A stretch of DNA of 64,000 nucleotides from a virus. Where the stretch lies: the IMG/VR virus record IMGVR_UViG_3300032116_000161, positions 2,432 to 66,431 of that record, one strand, 5' to 3'. The notes beneath the pieces were generated by a model. The model worked only from the letters and a program-made list of their open reading frames with translations. It did not search any database and had not been told where the DNA came from. Shown one piece after another: positions 63,607 to 64,000 of this stretch (positions are counted from its first letter, which is position 1; each line of letters begins with the position of its first letter). The translations under genes were made by a program, and so were the position numbers.

Positions 63607-64000
63607 TTTCCTGGTGATTCTTGGGATATCATACGGGAGAAACCCTTGACTTTCTCAAAGCGTAGGACACTTTCAAATTTGTCATGGAGGTCTGCCTTAT
63701 GAGAGATCACAAAGATATTAGCATCCTTAATGACGTAACGAATGATCTTAAGGAACTCATCGGTGCCGAATCCATCAAGTGAGGAATCAAACACCTCATC
63801 CATAATCAGCAGATTGGTATTGACGGAGTTTTTGACTCGGGCGACTTCTCTCCAAGTGAAGAGAAGGGCAAGGTCGATTCTCATTTTCTCACCCTCACTG
63901 AAGGAACTATATGAAAAGTCTTCGTGAATGGGTGATTTTACCGTTTCGTTAAACTCTTCATCCAAATGAAAGTTAATATAAAAGTCCATCATCTGTAGGT
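63603..64000 (-). CDS. Recombination endonuclease ATPase subunit (T4 gp46-like), 3' part
   Basis: FSEGEKMRIDLAL signature, IMDEVFDSSLD, FVISH. Confidence 0.95.
   Translation of the reverse strand, partial: LQMMDFYINFHLDEEFNETVKSPIHEDFSYSSFSEGEKMRIDLALLFTWREVARVKNSVNTNLLIMDEVFDSSLDGFGTDEFLKIIRYVIKDANIFVISHKADLHDKFESVLRFEKVKGFSRMISQESPGK

Overview
This 64 kb window is part of an AT-rich T4-like cyanomyovirus (Kyanoviridae-like) genome, almost all on the minus strand. A Synechococcus/Cyanobium-type host is inferred from the hli, petF and ndhP genes and the tRNA set. From right to left it holds: (1) the T4-like replication core (gp46 end, VWA/CobS AAA pair, gp45, gp44, dam, gp62, regA, hsp20, gp43, uvsX, gp41, mazG, gp61, nrdA, nrdB); (2) late and probable internal-head proteins; (3) an envelope and lysis region with three predicted muralytic enzymes, an autotransporter, a small OMP and a plus-strand trio of exported proteins; (4) nine tRNAs, dps, and a micro-ORF operon that includes an NdhP homologue missing from the ORF track; (5) a 17-gene sugar-nucleotide/glycosyltransferase island; (6) an hli-petF-hli-peroxiredoxin operon; and (7) a collagen-like tail fibre. 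The most interesting signals are: a recurrent palindrome exactly 32 nt upstream of -10 boxes (candidate middle-promoter activator site); a modular UGGYG/wcaG-like RNA with a 7-codon ORF; a plus-strand pair of unknown paralogues divergent from an AspH-like hydroxylase; the exported trio, whose third gene lacks a nearby canonical start; a probable ATC start codon; a small basic ORF with a terminator just before its stop codon (ArfA/BrfA-like logic); a dispersed internal-protein family; and several RBS-sequestering leaders. All assignments come from motif recognition by eye; no searches or folding programs were run.
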